From Anthoceros angustus (lineage: Eukaryota; Plantae; Anthocerotophyta), in NCBI GenBank assembly GCA_010909165.1, contig VJWM01000118.1, positions 496,001 to 560,000 on the forward strand: a stretch of 64,000 nucleotides of DNA, given 5' to 3'. The notes under the pieces are model-generated. The model was not told the origin of the DNA. It searched no databases and worked only from the letters and a program-made list of their open reading frames with translations. Made by a program: the position numbers and the translations under genes. Shown here piece after piece: positions 26,524 through 38,900 of this stretch. Position 1 is the stretch's first letter. Every line of letters starts with the position of its first letter.

Positions 26524-29500
26524 TGTGGGCTATGCACTTCCCTGGGGAGTTAAGAAATAAGTAGGGTTTCTGTTTTTTTTAGGATTGAAGGACAACAAGG
26601 CGAAAAGGAGGAATAAATTGGGGTAGCGCCGACTAGGCTCGGAGTATACCCGACTCGGAGTGAACAACGGACCCCATCACTATGGCAAGCTCCGACCACG
26701 CCGGAGTAACGGATAAGTCCGAACCCACTCCAGTCAAAACAGATAAGTACGCCAGTGAAAGTAACCCAGGAGCGGAGGCGTGAGGATGACGAGGCGGCGC
26801 CACGGACGCGGCCCCGAGTGGAGGTCGGGCATGCGAGGTCAGACCGTAACTCGCCGAGGCCGCAGGCAGTATTCACGCCCGCGGCGCGCGGCGTAAGCCG
26901 AGTAAGCGGGCGTGGGGTCGAGTAAGCCATGCACTCGCGCTACGGACAACGAAGAGGCGCCTTTCCCTGTTACTTCCAAGCGCCGAGGAGGGAGGTCATT
27001 ACCGCAGCCTCCGCATATCTCATCCTTGCGCCCGCAATCTCGCGCTTATCTGGGCGCCTGGGCCACCTTTTAGAGCGCGCCCACCGTCAAGGTTGGAGCA
27101 ACAACGCGCGCGCGAGGAACATCGTGCTGGCCGACTCGCCAGCCCAAAGAACAAGAGGAGGAGAAAGCAATGGCACCCAAAAAGCCGGCGCTGGAGCCAA
27201 GGGACCGTGGAGCGCAACATTGTGACCCGCGCTATCCGGACTTGGGCCCCGGCCGGAGGAAGTGGGAATTGGTAGGGGAATGGCACTGGATGTATTCCAG
27301 CCAGTTCGACCTTCGAAGCTATTTTGGTCCGGAGTTCGCCGGAAGATGTTACGGCCAACAAGGAGGTTCGATCCAAGAACCTCCGGAGGACCCGAGGCGA
27401 TGGACCTTGAGGTCCCGAGGCGGCCTACAACCGCCAAGGAGGAAGAAGGGGCGTGGTGCAGCCCCTTAAGGCGAAGGGGAAGATAGGGCCAGCCCACGTG
27501 GCGATCCGAGGCCGAACGCAATCGGACAACGGATGGTTCATATCCGTCAGGCTATGCACTGGGAGTTAGGAAATAAGTAGGGTTTCGCTTTTTTAGGATT
27601 GAAGGATAAATAAGGCGAAAAGGAGGAATAAATTGGGGTAGCGCGACGAGGCTCGAGTATACTCCGACTGGAGTGAACAACGGACCCCGCAACCACTATG
27701 GCAAGCTCCGACTACGGAGTAACGGATAAGTCCGAACCCACCCAGTGTCAAAATAGGATAAGTACGCCAGGAAAGTAACCCGGGAGCGAGGCGTGAGGAT
27801 GACGAGGCGAGGACGGCCTACAACCGCCCGAAGGAGGAAGAAGGGGGCGGTGCAGCCCCTTAAGGCGAAGGGGAAGATAGGCCAGCCCCAGCGCGATGCG
27901 CCGAGGCTCGAACGCAATGACAACCAACGGATGGTTCATCATCCGGCTATGCACTGGGAGTTAGGAAATAAGTAGGGTTTCGCTTTTTTAGGATTGAAGG
28001 ATAAATAAGGCGAAAAGGAGGAATAAATTGGGGTAGCGCGACGAGGCTCGAGTATACTCCGACTGGAGTGAACAACGGACCCCGCAACCACTATGGCAAG
28101 CTCCGACTACGGAGTAACGGATAAGTCCGAACCCACCCAGTGTCAAAATAGGATAAGTACGCCAGGAAAGTAACCCGGGAGCGAGGCGTGAGGATGACGA
28201 GGCGAGGACGGCCCCGAGTGGAGGTCGGGCATGCGAGGTCGACCGTAACCTTGCAGGCCGCAGGCAGTATTCACGCCCGCGGGTCGCGCGGCGCGTAAGG
28301 CCGAGAGTAAGCGGCGAGGGTCGAGTACGCCATGCACTCGCGCATGGACAACGAAGAGGCGCCTTCCGCCCAGCGCCATTTCCACAAGCGCCAAGGAGGG
28401 AGGTCCACGCGCAGCCCGCATAATCCTCACAGCCTTGCGCCCGCAATCCGGCTCGCGCGCTTTTGGGCGCCACCAGAGCGCGGGCGCACCGCCAAGGTTG
28501 GAGCAACAACGCGGGAGGAACATCGTGCCGACTCGCCAGCCAGCAACAAGAGGAGGAGAAAGCAATGGCACCCAAAAGCCGACGGAGTCTGGGAGCCATG
28601 GACCGTGGAGCGCAACATTGTGACCCGCGCTATCCGGACTTCGGGCCCCGGAGGAAGTGGGAATTGGTGCAGAGTGGCATCCGGACGTGTTCCAAATGGT
28701 CTGGACCTTTGACAACGCTACTCTAGTCCGGAGTTTGCCCGAAGATGCGGCGATCAACAAGGAGGTCCGATCCAAGAACCTCCGGAGGACCCGAGGCGAT
28801 GGACCTTGAGGTCCCGAGGATGGCCTACAACCGCCAAGGAGGAAGAAGGGGCGTGGTGCCGAGCCCCTTAAGGCGAAGGGAAGATAGGGCCCCACGCGGC
28901 GTCGAGGCTCGAACGCAGCGGACAACCAACGGATGGTTGATATCCGATCCGCCGATACGAGTAAGGGCGGTAGCCCGGATCATTGTCCATTGAACTCGCC
29001 ACCAAGGTGGATCACCTTGGTGATAACTGTATTCTCGCATGCGCCCAATGGGAAGAGAGCGACCGGGAAGGATTATCTTCGCCCGGGCAGAGGCACGCAA
29101 GCTAAGGAGCGAAGCCCTCGCCATCGCCGACCCCTACCGATTCATGTATGGGGACATTTCGAGCTCCTCAAGGAGGGAGAGCTTGAGCGGGCGCCCAAGG
29201 GCCGGAGGCCCCGCTGTAGAGCGTGCAAGGGCGCCGAGGTGGGGGTCGCCCTTCAAGACCAAGCGGACTCGGAGGAGGACGATCGAGGATTCCTGACTCC
29301 ATACGTCGAGCGAACCCCTCACCACCTGGGAAGTTTGGGAGGCGATTCCCCTTCCCTCCTTTTGGTGCCCTCCGAGCGCATGTGAGGGAGCGATGCCGGA
29401 GGGCGCTGGCGGCTCCGCACCGGCGTAATAACAGCCAACAACCACGACGGCCGCCGAGCCCCGACGAACTCAACGGGAGCCAAGAGGCGGAAGACGGTGC

Positions 29501-32500
29501 CGCTTACCAACGCAAAGACCTCGAGGTGTGACTTACCCCGCCACCTGAGTGGCAAGAGGTCAAGAGGCGTAAGGAGGGCGAAGGGACGCCCAAGGAGTGG
29601 AGGTCACCGCGCAGCCCCACCTCGAGCCGGCCTGCCCCCGAAGAAGGCAAAAGAGCTTGCTCCTGACCCCTCACCTCCTCCGAGCCCTGTGAGAAAGAGG
29701 GCACAAAGGAGTTAGAGGCCAAGAGGGCCAAGAGGGTGAGACTCGACTCACCACTCGGGACCCGAGGGTCCCGATTAGGTCCGAGAACCCACCGACTTAC
29801 TCCGGATCGGTATGGAGGTCCTTGGACCGAGAAATGCCGGCCCCACTACGGACTTTGTGGGGGCCTCACGGCCGTGGAAGAAACACGTGAGTCCTGCTAC
29901 ATATGGACGGAATGCTTTGGGGTCTCGTGGTACATGAGAAGACCTGTGGAAGTGGAGGCCACCCGAGGAGGATGGTGGAACCCAAGAGCAAGTGAAGGCG
30001 GCCGAGGGGCAAAGGAAAAGGCGGAGTCCCTCGCCGGATCGAGGAAGGGAAACGCCGGGTGGAGCGCGAGGCCCGGCGTTCACAGATCAAGGTTCTTCAC
30101 CGTCACAGGCAAGCTCCGACTACGCCGAGTAACGGATAAGTCCGAACCCACCCAGTCAAAATAGGATAAGTACGCCAGGAAAGTAACCGGGAGCGAGGCG
30201 TGAGGATGACGAGGCGGCGCCACGGACGGCCCCGAGTGGAGGTCGGGCATGCAGAGGCCAGAGACCTGCTGAGGCCGCAGGCAGTATTCACGCCCGCTGG
30301 CCGCGCGCGGCCGAGGCAAGCGAGGGTCGAGTAAGCCATGCACTCGCGCTACGGACAACGAAGAGGCGCCGAAGCATTTCCACAAGCGCGCCAAGGAGGG
30401 AGGTCGCGCAGCCTCCGCATAATCCTCGCCCTTGCGCCCGCAATCCGCTCGCGCGCCTTTTGGGCGCCGCAGAGCGCGCACCGCAAGGTTGGAGCAACAA
30501 CGCGCGAAGGAGGAACATCGTGCCGACTCGCCGCCAGCCTACAAAGAACAAGAGGAGGAGAAGCAATGGCACCCAAAAGCGAAGTCTGGGAGCCATGGAC
30601 CGTGGAGCGCAACACCCGCGCTATCCGGACTTCGGCCGGAGGAAGCAGGGGAATTGGTGCAGAGGCATCCGGACGTGTTCCAAATGGTCGGACCTTTGAC
30701 AACGCTACCTAGTCCGGAGTTTGCCCGAAGATGCGGCGATCAACAAGGAGGTCCGATCCAAGAACCTCCGGAGGACTCGGCGATGGACCTTGAGGTCCCG
30801 AGGATGGCCTACAACCGCTCAAGGAGGAAGAAGGGGTGGTGCCGAGCCCCTTAAGGCGAAGGGAAGATAGGGCCAGCGGCGATGCCGAGGCTCGAACGCA
30901 GGACAACCAACGGATGGTTGATATCCGATCCGCCGGATACCGAGTAAGGGCGGTAGCCCGGATCATTGTCCATTGAACTCGCCACCAAGGTGGATCACCT
31001 TGGTGATAACTCGCTGGTATTCTCGCATGCGCCCAATGGGAAGAGAGCGACTGGGAAGGATTATCTTCGCCTGCTCAGAGGCACGCTAAGGAGCGAGAAG
31101 CCTCGCCATCGGGGTGACCCATACACCGATTCATGTATGGGGACATTTCGAGCTCTCAAGGAGGGAGAGCTTGAGCGGCGCCCAAGGGCCGGAGGCCCCG
31201 CCAAGTAGAGCGTGCAAGGGCGCCTGAGGTGGGGGTCGCCCTTCAAGACCAAGCGACTCGGAGGAGGACGATCGAGGATTCCTGACTCATACGCCGAGCG
31301 AACCCCTCACCACCTGTGGAAGTTTGGGAGGCGATTCCCCTTCCTCCTTTTGGTGCCCCTCCGCCAAGCAGTGAGGGAGCGATGCCGGAGGGCGCTCGGC
31401 CCAGACTGACAACAGCCAACAACGACCGAGCCCCGACGAACTCAACGGGAGCCAAGAGGCGGAAGACGGTGCCGCTTACCAACGCAAAGACCTCGAGGTG
31501 CCAGACTTACCCCGCCACCTGAGTGGCAAGAGGTCAAGAGGCGTAAGGAGGGCGAAGGGACGTGGCCCAAGGAGCAGGAGGTCACCGCAGCCCCACCTCG
31601 AGCCGGGCCTGCCCCCTGTGAAGGGGCAAAAGAGCTTGCTCCTGACCCCTCACCTCCTCCGAGCCCTGGAGAAAGAGGGCACAAAGGAGTTAGAGGCCAA
31701 GAGGGCCAAGAGGGTGAGACTGACACCACTGTGACCCGAGGGTCCCGATTAGGTCCGAGAACCCACCGACTTACTCCGGATCGCGGTATGGAGGTCCTTG
31801 GCGGACCGAGAAATGCCGGCCCCACTACGGACTTTGTGGGGGCCTCACGGCCGTGGAAGAAACACGGCGAGTCTGCTACCGCCATGGACGGAATGCTTTG
31901 GGGTCTCGTGGTACAATGAGAAGACCTGAAGTGGAGGCCACCCGAGGAGGATGGTGGAACCCAAGAGCAAAGGAAAAGGCGGAGTCCCTCGCCGGATCGA
32001 GGAAGGGAAACGCCGGTGGCGGAGCGCGAGGCCGGTTCAGATCAAGGTTCTTCACCGCGGCAACAAGCAAGCTCAGAGGCCCAAGCGGGCGGAGGACCTT
32101 GCAGCTAAGAGGGAAGCGCAGAGGCGGAAGAGGCCCGGCACAAGCAGAGAGCTCGGGACCGGAGGCGGCCTGCCAGAGCGCAAATGGGCGAGGCCTGTAA
32201 AGGCGGCGAAGGAGCGGAAGTCACGGATCCTACCGCACGTGATCGGAACCGTGGAGAGAGTCACAGACCGAGGCTAACTCAAGGCCGCGACAAAGGCTAT
32301 GGAGCAGAAGGCCAAGACTCGGGAGATAGAGGATCTCCGAGTGCAGAGGTAGAAGGGAGGCGCAGCAGATGGAGGATGAAGGACACTGGAGCTACAACCC
32401 AAGATGCGCTTGAGCAAGTGATTCTCAACGAGAGAATCCACGACCGAGCACGAAAGAGTGCCTGCCTCAAGACGGAGGAAAATCGCGACTATCCAAGGAG

Positions 32501-35500
32501 TTGGACGCTGCTGAAGGAGCCGGAGGAAGTCCGGAGCCTGGACGGAGGTATCCGATCCGCCGGATACCGAGTAAGGGCGGTAGCCCGGATCATTGTCCAT
32601 TGAACTCGCCACCAAGGTGGATCACCTTGGTGATAACTCGCTGGTATTCTCGCATGCGCCCAATGGGAAGAGAGCGACTGGGAAGGATTATCTTCGCCTG
32701 CTCAGAGGCACGCTAAGGAGCGAGAAGCCTCATCGGACCCATACACCGATTCATGTATGGGGACATTTCGAGCTCTCAAGGAGGGAGAGCTTGAGCGGCG
32801 CCCAAGGGCCGGAGGCCCCGCCAAGTAGAGCGTGCAAGGGCGCCTGAGGTGGGGGTCGCCCTTCAAGACCAAGCGACTCGGAGGAGGACGATCGAGGATT
32901 CCTGACTCATACGCCGAGCGAACCCCTCACCACCTGTGGAAGTTTGGGAGGCGATTCCCCTTCCTCCTTTTGGTGCCCCTCCGCCAAGCAGTGAGGGAGC
33001 GATGCCGGAGGGCGCTCGGCCCAGACTGACAACAGCCAACAACGACCGAGCCCCGACGAACTCAACGGGAGCCAAGAGGCGGAAGACGGTGCCGCTTACC
33101 AACGCAAAGACCTCGAGGTGCCAGACTTACCCCGCCCACGGAGTGGCAAGAGGTCAAGAGGCGTAAGGAGGGCGAAAGGGACGTGGCCCAAGGAGCAGGA
33201 GGTCACCGCAGCCCCACCTCGAGCCGGGCCTGCCCCCTGTGAAGGGGCAAAAGAGCTTGCTCCTGACCCCTCACCTCCTCCGAGCCTGGAGAAAGAGGGC
33301 ACAAAGGAGTTAGAGGCCAAGAGGGCCAAGAGGGTGAGACTGACACCACTGTGACCGAGGGTCCCGATTAGGTCCGAGAACCCACCGACTTACTCCGGAT
33401 CGCGGTATGGAGGTCCTTGGCGGACCGAGAAATGCCGGCCCCACTACGGACTTTGTGGGGCCTCACGGCCGTGGAAGAAACACGGCGAGTCTGCTACCGC
33501 CATGGACGGAATGCTTTGGGGTCTCGTGGTACAATGAGAAGACCTGAAGTGGAGGCCACCCGAGGAGGATGGTGGAACCCAAGAGCAAAGGAAAAGGCGG
33601 AGTCCCTCGCCGGATCGAGGAAGGGAAACGCCGGTGGCGGAGCGCGAGGCCGGTTCAGATCAAGGTTCTTCACCGCGGCAACAAGCAAGCTCAGAGGCCC
33701 AAGCGGCGGAGGACCTTGCAAAGGGGGGAAGCGCAGCAGAGGCTAAGAGGCCCCGCACAAGCAGAGAGCTCGACCGCGGAGGCGGCCCGGAGAGCGGCCA
33801 AGTGGGCGAGGCCTGTAAAGGCGGCGAAGGAGCGGGGGCAAGAGCGACCGGATCACTACAGACGTGATCGAACCGTGGAGAGAGTCACACCGAGGCTACT
33901 CGCCGTGACAAAGCATGGAGATGGAGGCAAGACTCGGGAGATAGAGGATCTCCAGTGCAAGGGGAGGTAGAGGAGGCGCAGCAGATGGAGGATGAAGGAC
34001 ACTGGAGCTACAACCCAAGATGCGCCGGAGCAGCAGTGATTCTCAACGAGAGAATCCACGACTCGAGCACAAACAGAGCAGCCCGCCCGTCTCAAGACGG
34101 AGGAAAATCGCGACTATCCAAGGAGTTGGACGCTGCTGCTGCTGAGGAAGTCCCGAGCCTGGACGGAGGTATCGATCACCGGAGAGGGAGCGAGCTAAAG
34201 GCCGTAATGAACGGAGGAGCGAGCACCGAAGTGGGGAAAAGAAGCCGTCCGTCCGAAAGGCGGAAGGGAACGCGCGAAGGCGGGCGGCGGAGGAAACGAC
34301 GGAGCGAGAAAGTGAGCGGGTGCAACAGAGGTGACCGAGGCCTCCGAGAGCGCCCCGGCCCCACCACAACTGGCAGGAGAGGTGGCCCAACAAGCCGGCA
34401 AAAGACGCCCTAACACTTATGGCGGAGGGAGTATCGGCTCCGCACACGTGGAAGAGGCAATTCAACAAGTCGATCTGACTTTGCCTATTACCACGCCGAG
34501 CCCTCGCGAGAAGCCTCGACGGCCGCCGACGGACGGACCGGAAGGCTCAAGGAGATGAAGGCCACGGGACAAAGACAGGACCCTAGTGGCCCCTGCTTGG
34601 AGATGACGGAGCGAGAGGAGCAACCGGAGGAGCGAACGAGGGAGCGGATGCGATCGAGGTAAGCACCCCGACCTCACCATGGAAGGAGGGGCCAACGGAG
34701 AGCCATCGGGCGATCGGGAACATGGGAGGACTTGAGGGAGAGCCACGGAGGAGTCCCGTGAGGGAGGAAACCCGGTGGGCGTGAGTCCGGACTTTGTCCG
34801 ACCCAGGGAGGCCGGACCAAGTCCGACCAAGTCCGGACTCAAGTCCGGACAGAATAAGTCCGACTCAAGTCCGACCAAGTCCGGACTTTGTCCGGACCCG
34901 AGGTCCGGACCCGAGGTCCGGACCCTGAGACAAGGTCGGACCTAGCCACGACCTGTGAATAAGCCGGACTCAAGTTCGTGAGTCGAGACAGACCTCGAGG
35001 ACCGCGGGCAAGAAGGAGGAGCCCCTTCGACTTACGCTTAGGGGAGCCGATAGCCGGTGGCCCCACCGCCAAGGACCTGTGGAGGGGCCAGGGAGGATGA
35101 CGCCGTGGTAACGGCGGTTGTCGACCGCCAGAGCCCAACCCGGCTGTGATTCCGGGAGAGGAGGGGCCCGCCTCACGGATCATCCGATTGGGTGCACCAC
35201 AACCGCCTGACGGGATTGGACCACCCATTCCGAGGCCTGTGACCTTCCCACACAAGGCGAGATAGGGGATAGGGGTAGGCGTCGATTAGGGTATACCGAG
35301 CTATCACCGTAATAGGGGTGTAAAGACGCCACCTTGGGCGCAGATAAGAGGGCCGAGGTCGCCTAGTAAAGCATCTTTCTTGGTGTTGATGCCGCGCCTT
35401 GCACCTTTGTGAGTCTTCTTGCTAACGTGAGTCCCGAGTCACCGAAAGGTGCACGATACCCGGGAGATTGATCAAGGTCCCGTGACGGACTTAACGCTGT

Positions 35501-35919
35501 GTGTGTGCAGGAAGGGTGATCGGTGATCCGTGCTCGTCCGAGCCGCGTCCGACACCGAACGGACTGAACGTGAGCCGAGGAACTCCGGAGGTGTCGGACG
35601 AGAGGCCCGCGAACGACGGAGGAGGTCCGGATCACAGAACCGCTTTTTTCTAAGATCAAGAGTGTAGCGTGAGAGGAGAGAGGAAAGGATGATGCGTGAG
35701 GATGTATGTGAACGATACGGACGCCAACGGGTCAAACGCTTGGCCATACCGCAGACGGTGAACGCTAGAGTAGTTAGGAGTATGTGTGTTGAGACCGAAC
35801 GAGCGCTAAGGACGGTAAGAATCACCAAACGCTAAACGGGCCTATCATTCCCTTGGGAACGGACTTCTTCCTACAACGACACGGATTGGCGCGGCCGGCT
35901 ATCGAAAAGTCCCGCCACA
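26524..35919 (+). repeat. LTR1, internally rearranged and expanded to ~9.4 kb
   Basis: Starts TGTGGGCTATGCAC after the TSD, ends GCCACA before the PBS; LTR segments restart at ~27550, 27811, 27945, 30108 and 32549. Confidence 0.85.
34785..34943. repeat. Degenerate GTCCGGAC-core tandem array inside the LTR (also ~46121-46250 and ~56055-56147)
   Basis: Seven perfect GTCCGGAC plus GTCCGAC/GTCGGAC variants at ~10-13 bp spacing. Confidence 0.85.
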
Positions 35920-38900
35920 TTTTGGCGCCGGGAATGAAATCGGTGGTGCCGCAGCGCGCCCTTAGGAAGAGAAGGTAAGTGAATGCGTGGCGGTCGAGCG
36001 ACGGTCAAGAGTGAACCGCCGGAGGATCGGACGTGGTCACCTCGCTGCTCTCCGAGCCGTGAGAGGGAGAGACGCCAAACCCAACGAGAGCACCGCCGAT
36101 CGAGGAGGGAGAACGTGGTCGAATTGTCGGACCAAGACGAGTACGGGTACGAGGGACGCCAACGGAAGAAGGTAGGACCCACGCCTAACCCATCGATGGC
36201 GCAGCCATGGCCCCTACCTCGACCAAACAAGCGACTCCATATTCGGAGGAAGAAGGAGCGGATGCGAGACCTTTGTGGAGGACTTCGTGTCCAAAGCCAA
36301 CTTCAACGGAGAGGGAGTCGACGAGCTCATCCAAATTTTCCAAGGGGTTCTCCGAGGACAGCTCAATGGTATCGGAGAAAGTACCGACCACCGGAGAATG
36401 CCCCACCCGCCTCGCTTGAAGCTTTGAAAATGCCTTCTTAGAACGGTTTCGAGGATCGACCAGTGAGGGGTATGTATTATCAAAGTTGGAAAATCAAGCG
36501 AGGAAGAAGGAGAAGCCGGGCTCAGACATCGAGCGGTTCTATGCCCGAGGATCGGCATCCAACCCATACCACGATGCAAGCGGTGGACGGTTCGCGCCGG
36601 TCTAGCCAAACCCATGGCTGCACGCCGCCGCCGAGAAGGACGTGGGCAAGGCGGTCGAGCGGCCAAAAACTACGAGGAATCGCTACATCGAGGATAAAGA
36701 AATCCGCTCAAGGAGGCAAGAAGAAGAAGAAGAAACGGGTTCGGGACTGAGGAGGAAGAGTCTGAGGAGGAGGAAGACCAATCGGAGGTGTCTCGGAGGA
36801 GGAGCCGTCCAAGAAGAGACGGAGGTCTCTAGCGAGGAAGAGTATCCCGCAAGAAGAAGAGCAAGAAGGCCCGCTAAAAGAAGAGGAGGTAAGAAGGAGG
36901 TGGTGACACCAAGTCGTCCGAGAAGCTCCACGACCCGACTCCCTCAAAGGAGGTAGCAGTCCGGGAGGACGGAAAAGTGATAAAGAGAGTAGAGGACCGC
37001 GATAAACCGTGTTAAGGACCGAGAGCGCGGAAAACACCGACTACGATTGTGTGCCGTGTGCCGAACACGCCATTCGAATCCAACCGCCTCAAGGCCGGTG
37101 CATCAAGTGGACTACGAATACGAGGAGGAGGCCGAGGAGCAATGGGAAGAGGCCTATCGCATGTGAAGCCCCTCCGGGCCGCGATATCCCAAAACCATGT
37201 ATCCGCCAACCGGAGGTCCGTCAATACAACGAGCCCCACCGATGCAAAGACCGCATGGGAGCCCTTCGTATCCTCCGACGGCCGTGGTCTTGGAATCGGA
37301 ATCTCGCCATTACTCCAACGCGTGTCCGCACTCCAACGAGGCGGGGTAATGGGGACTTCGAGCGGCCGGTGGCGATCGCAAGGTGGGCATATGACAGCAA
37401 GACGCTATGTCCCAACCCCGCAAGGACGTACGATATGCCACACCAAGCGGAGAACCCGACCACCAACGCCACCTCCTAAGACTACTGGACGGCAAGTCAA
37501 GATGCTCACATGGAGTGGGAAGAGATTCCCAGGTACGCGAGATGGAAAAGAACAAGAAGGTACGGTGGGGTGTCGAAAGGAAGGGAGTGGGAAATCTTGA
37601 GGTGTCTACTGTAGGAAGGAAGGAGCGACGAGAAAGGCGCCATTGAAGAAGAACAAGATCGAGGAAGCCACGGACGCCGAGGAAGGCAATCAAACGGAAA
37701 TACCAGCAGAGGATCCGACCGATGAAGGAGGGCTGACGGCAGCCTCCCGAGGGATTACCCAAGGAAGTTCTCCGACAGATGTGGAGAAGGGAACGTGCCT
37801 CCCGCGACGGCCGACGTTAGCCACCGGACGTAGTCCGGAGGTGACCGAGATGTTGCAGGAGGAAATGCGCAAGCATCCGGAGAATACCGTAACAAGTGAC
37901 CCGGGAGAGGATGAGGACGCAGCAGATCCTCGATTGGGGTAGAAGCCTCGCCTTTAATGTGGCGGACGATGATGAATCGCCAGCACCTTGTGTCCTTTCG
38001 ACACCGCCGAGGATAACCCAAATACCGCAAGAGGTCCGCTGGGCCGTTAGGGAAACCCACCATGAGCACCAAAGCCGTGAAGGGTAGCAGTGGAAGTGAG
38101 GGTGGTGTCCCATACGGACCTGTGGGCGCCAGTGGTACAAGTGGAGATTGGATGTATCATCAAGGATGTACCGCTGGACACGGGTCCGAGTCAACCTCAT
38201 CACCAAGCCACGGCACGAAAATTGGGCTTCACATCCTTCAACCTCAACGAAGACTCGAGAATGGCGTATATGTCAAGAAGAGATCCGGGGAGTTAACCGA
38301 GTCTTGGCCACCATAGCCGTGCACCCTACAAACCGGATTTTGTTGTGATCAAACCGGCCGGACCATTAGGGTATGAGGTGTTGCTGGGCGGCCATGGTGG
38401 GTTGGCCTGCAAAGCTACACTTTGGAAGGAAGGAGATTCACTTCAAGCCGGTGGATGGGACCCTAAGTAGAAGGGAGGGTTGCTATCACCGGAGCAAGGA
38501 CACCTATTGTGGGAAACCGTGAGCACTACCGAAGGGTATACCTGGAGGACTCCACGGATAACAAGATAGTTCCGAGGAGGCGACTTTCGCCAAGATCCGC
38601 CGGTCCGAGGAGGAGATGGACTACCGCGGATGCCTTTGGCGGAAGTGATTGATTGTTTTAGTAAACGCCACAACGGGCCGGAGGAAGGAAGTGAAGAGGA
38701 GGTCGGACCAGACAAGGGGAGACAACAAGAGTCGGACCAAGGAAAAGCGGACATCAAGGAGTAACACGATTCACCTCCGACGAGCTCTTCGAGAATGGGG
38801 ATGCGAGAGGACGATCCCCGAGAGGAGGACGAGGGGTTTGACGCAGCGAGGCAAAGACGGAACGGAGACGGTGAACCCGGACGACGTGGAAGAAGTGGAG

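Noticed and set aside
34785-34943. Possible CRISPR-like array (also 62202-62400)
   Set aside because: No unique spacers, no cas genes, eukaryotic context; ordinary tandem repeats.
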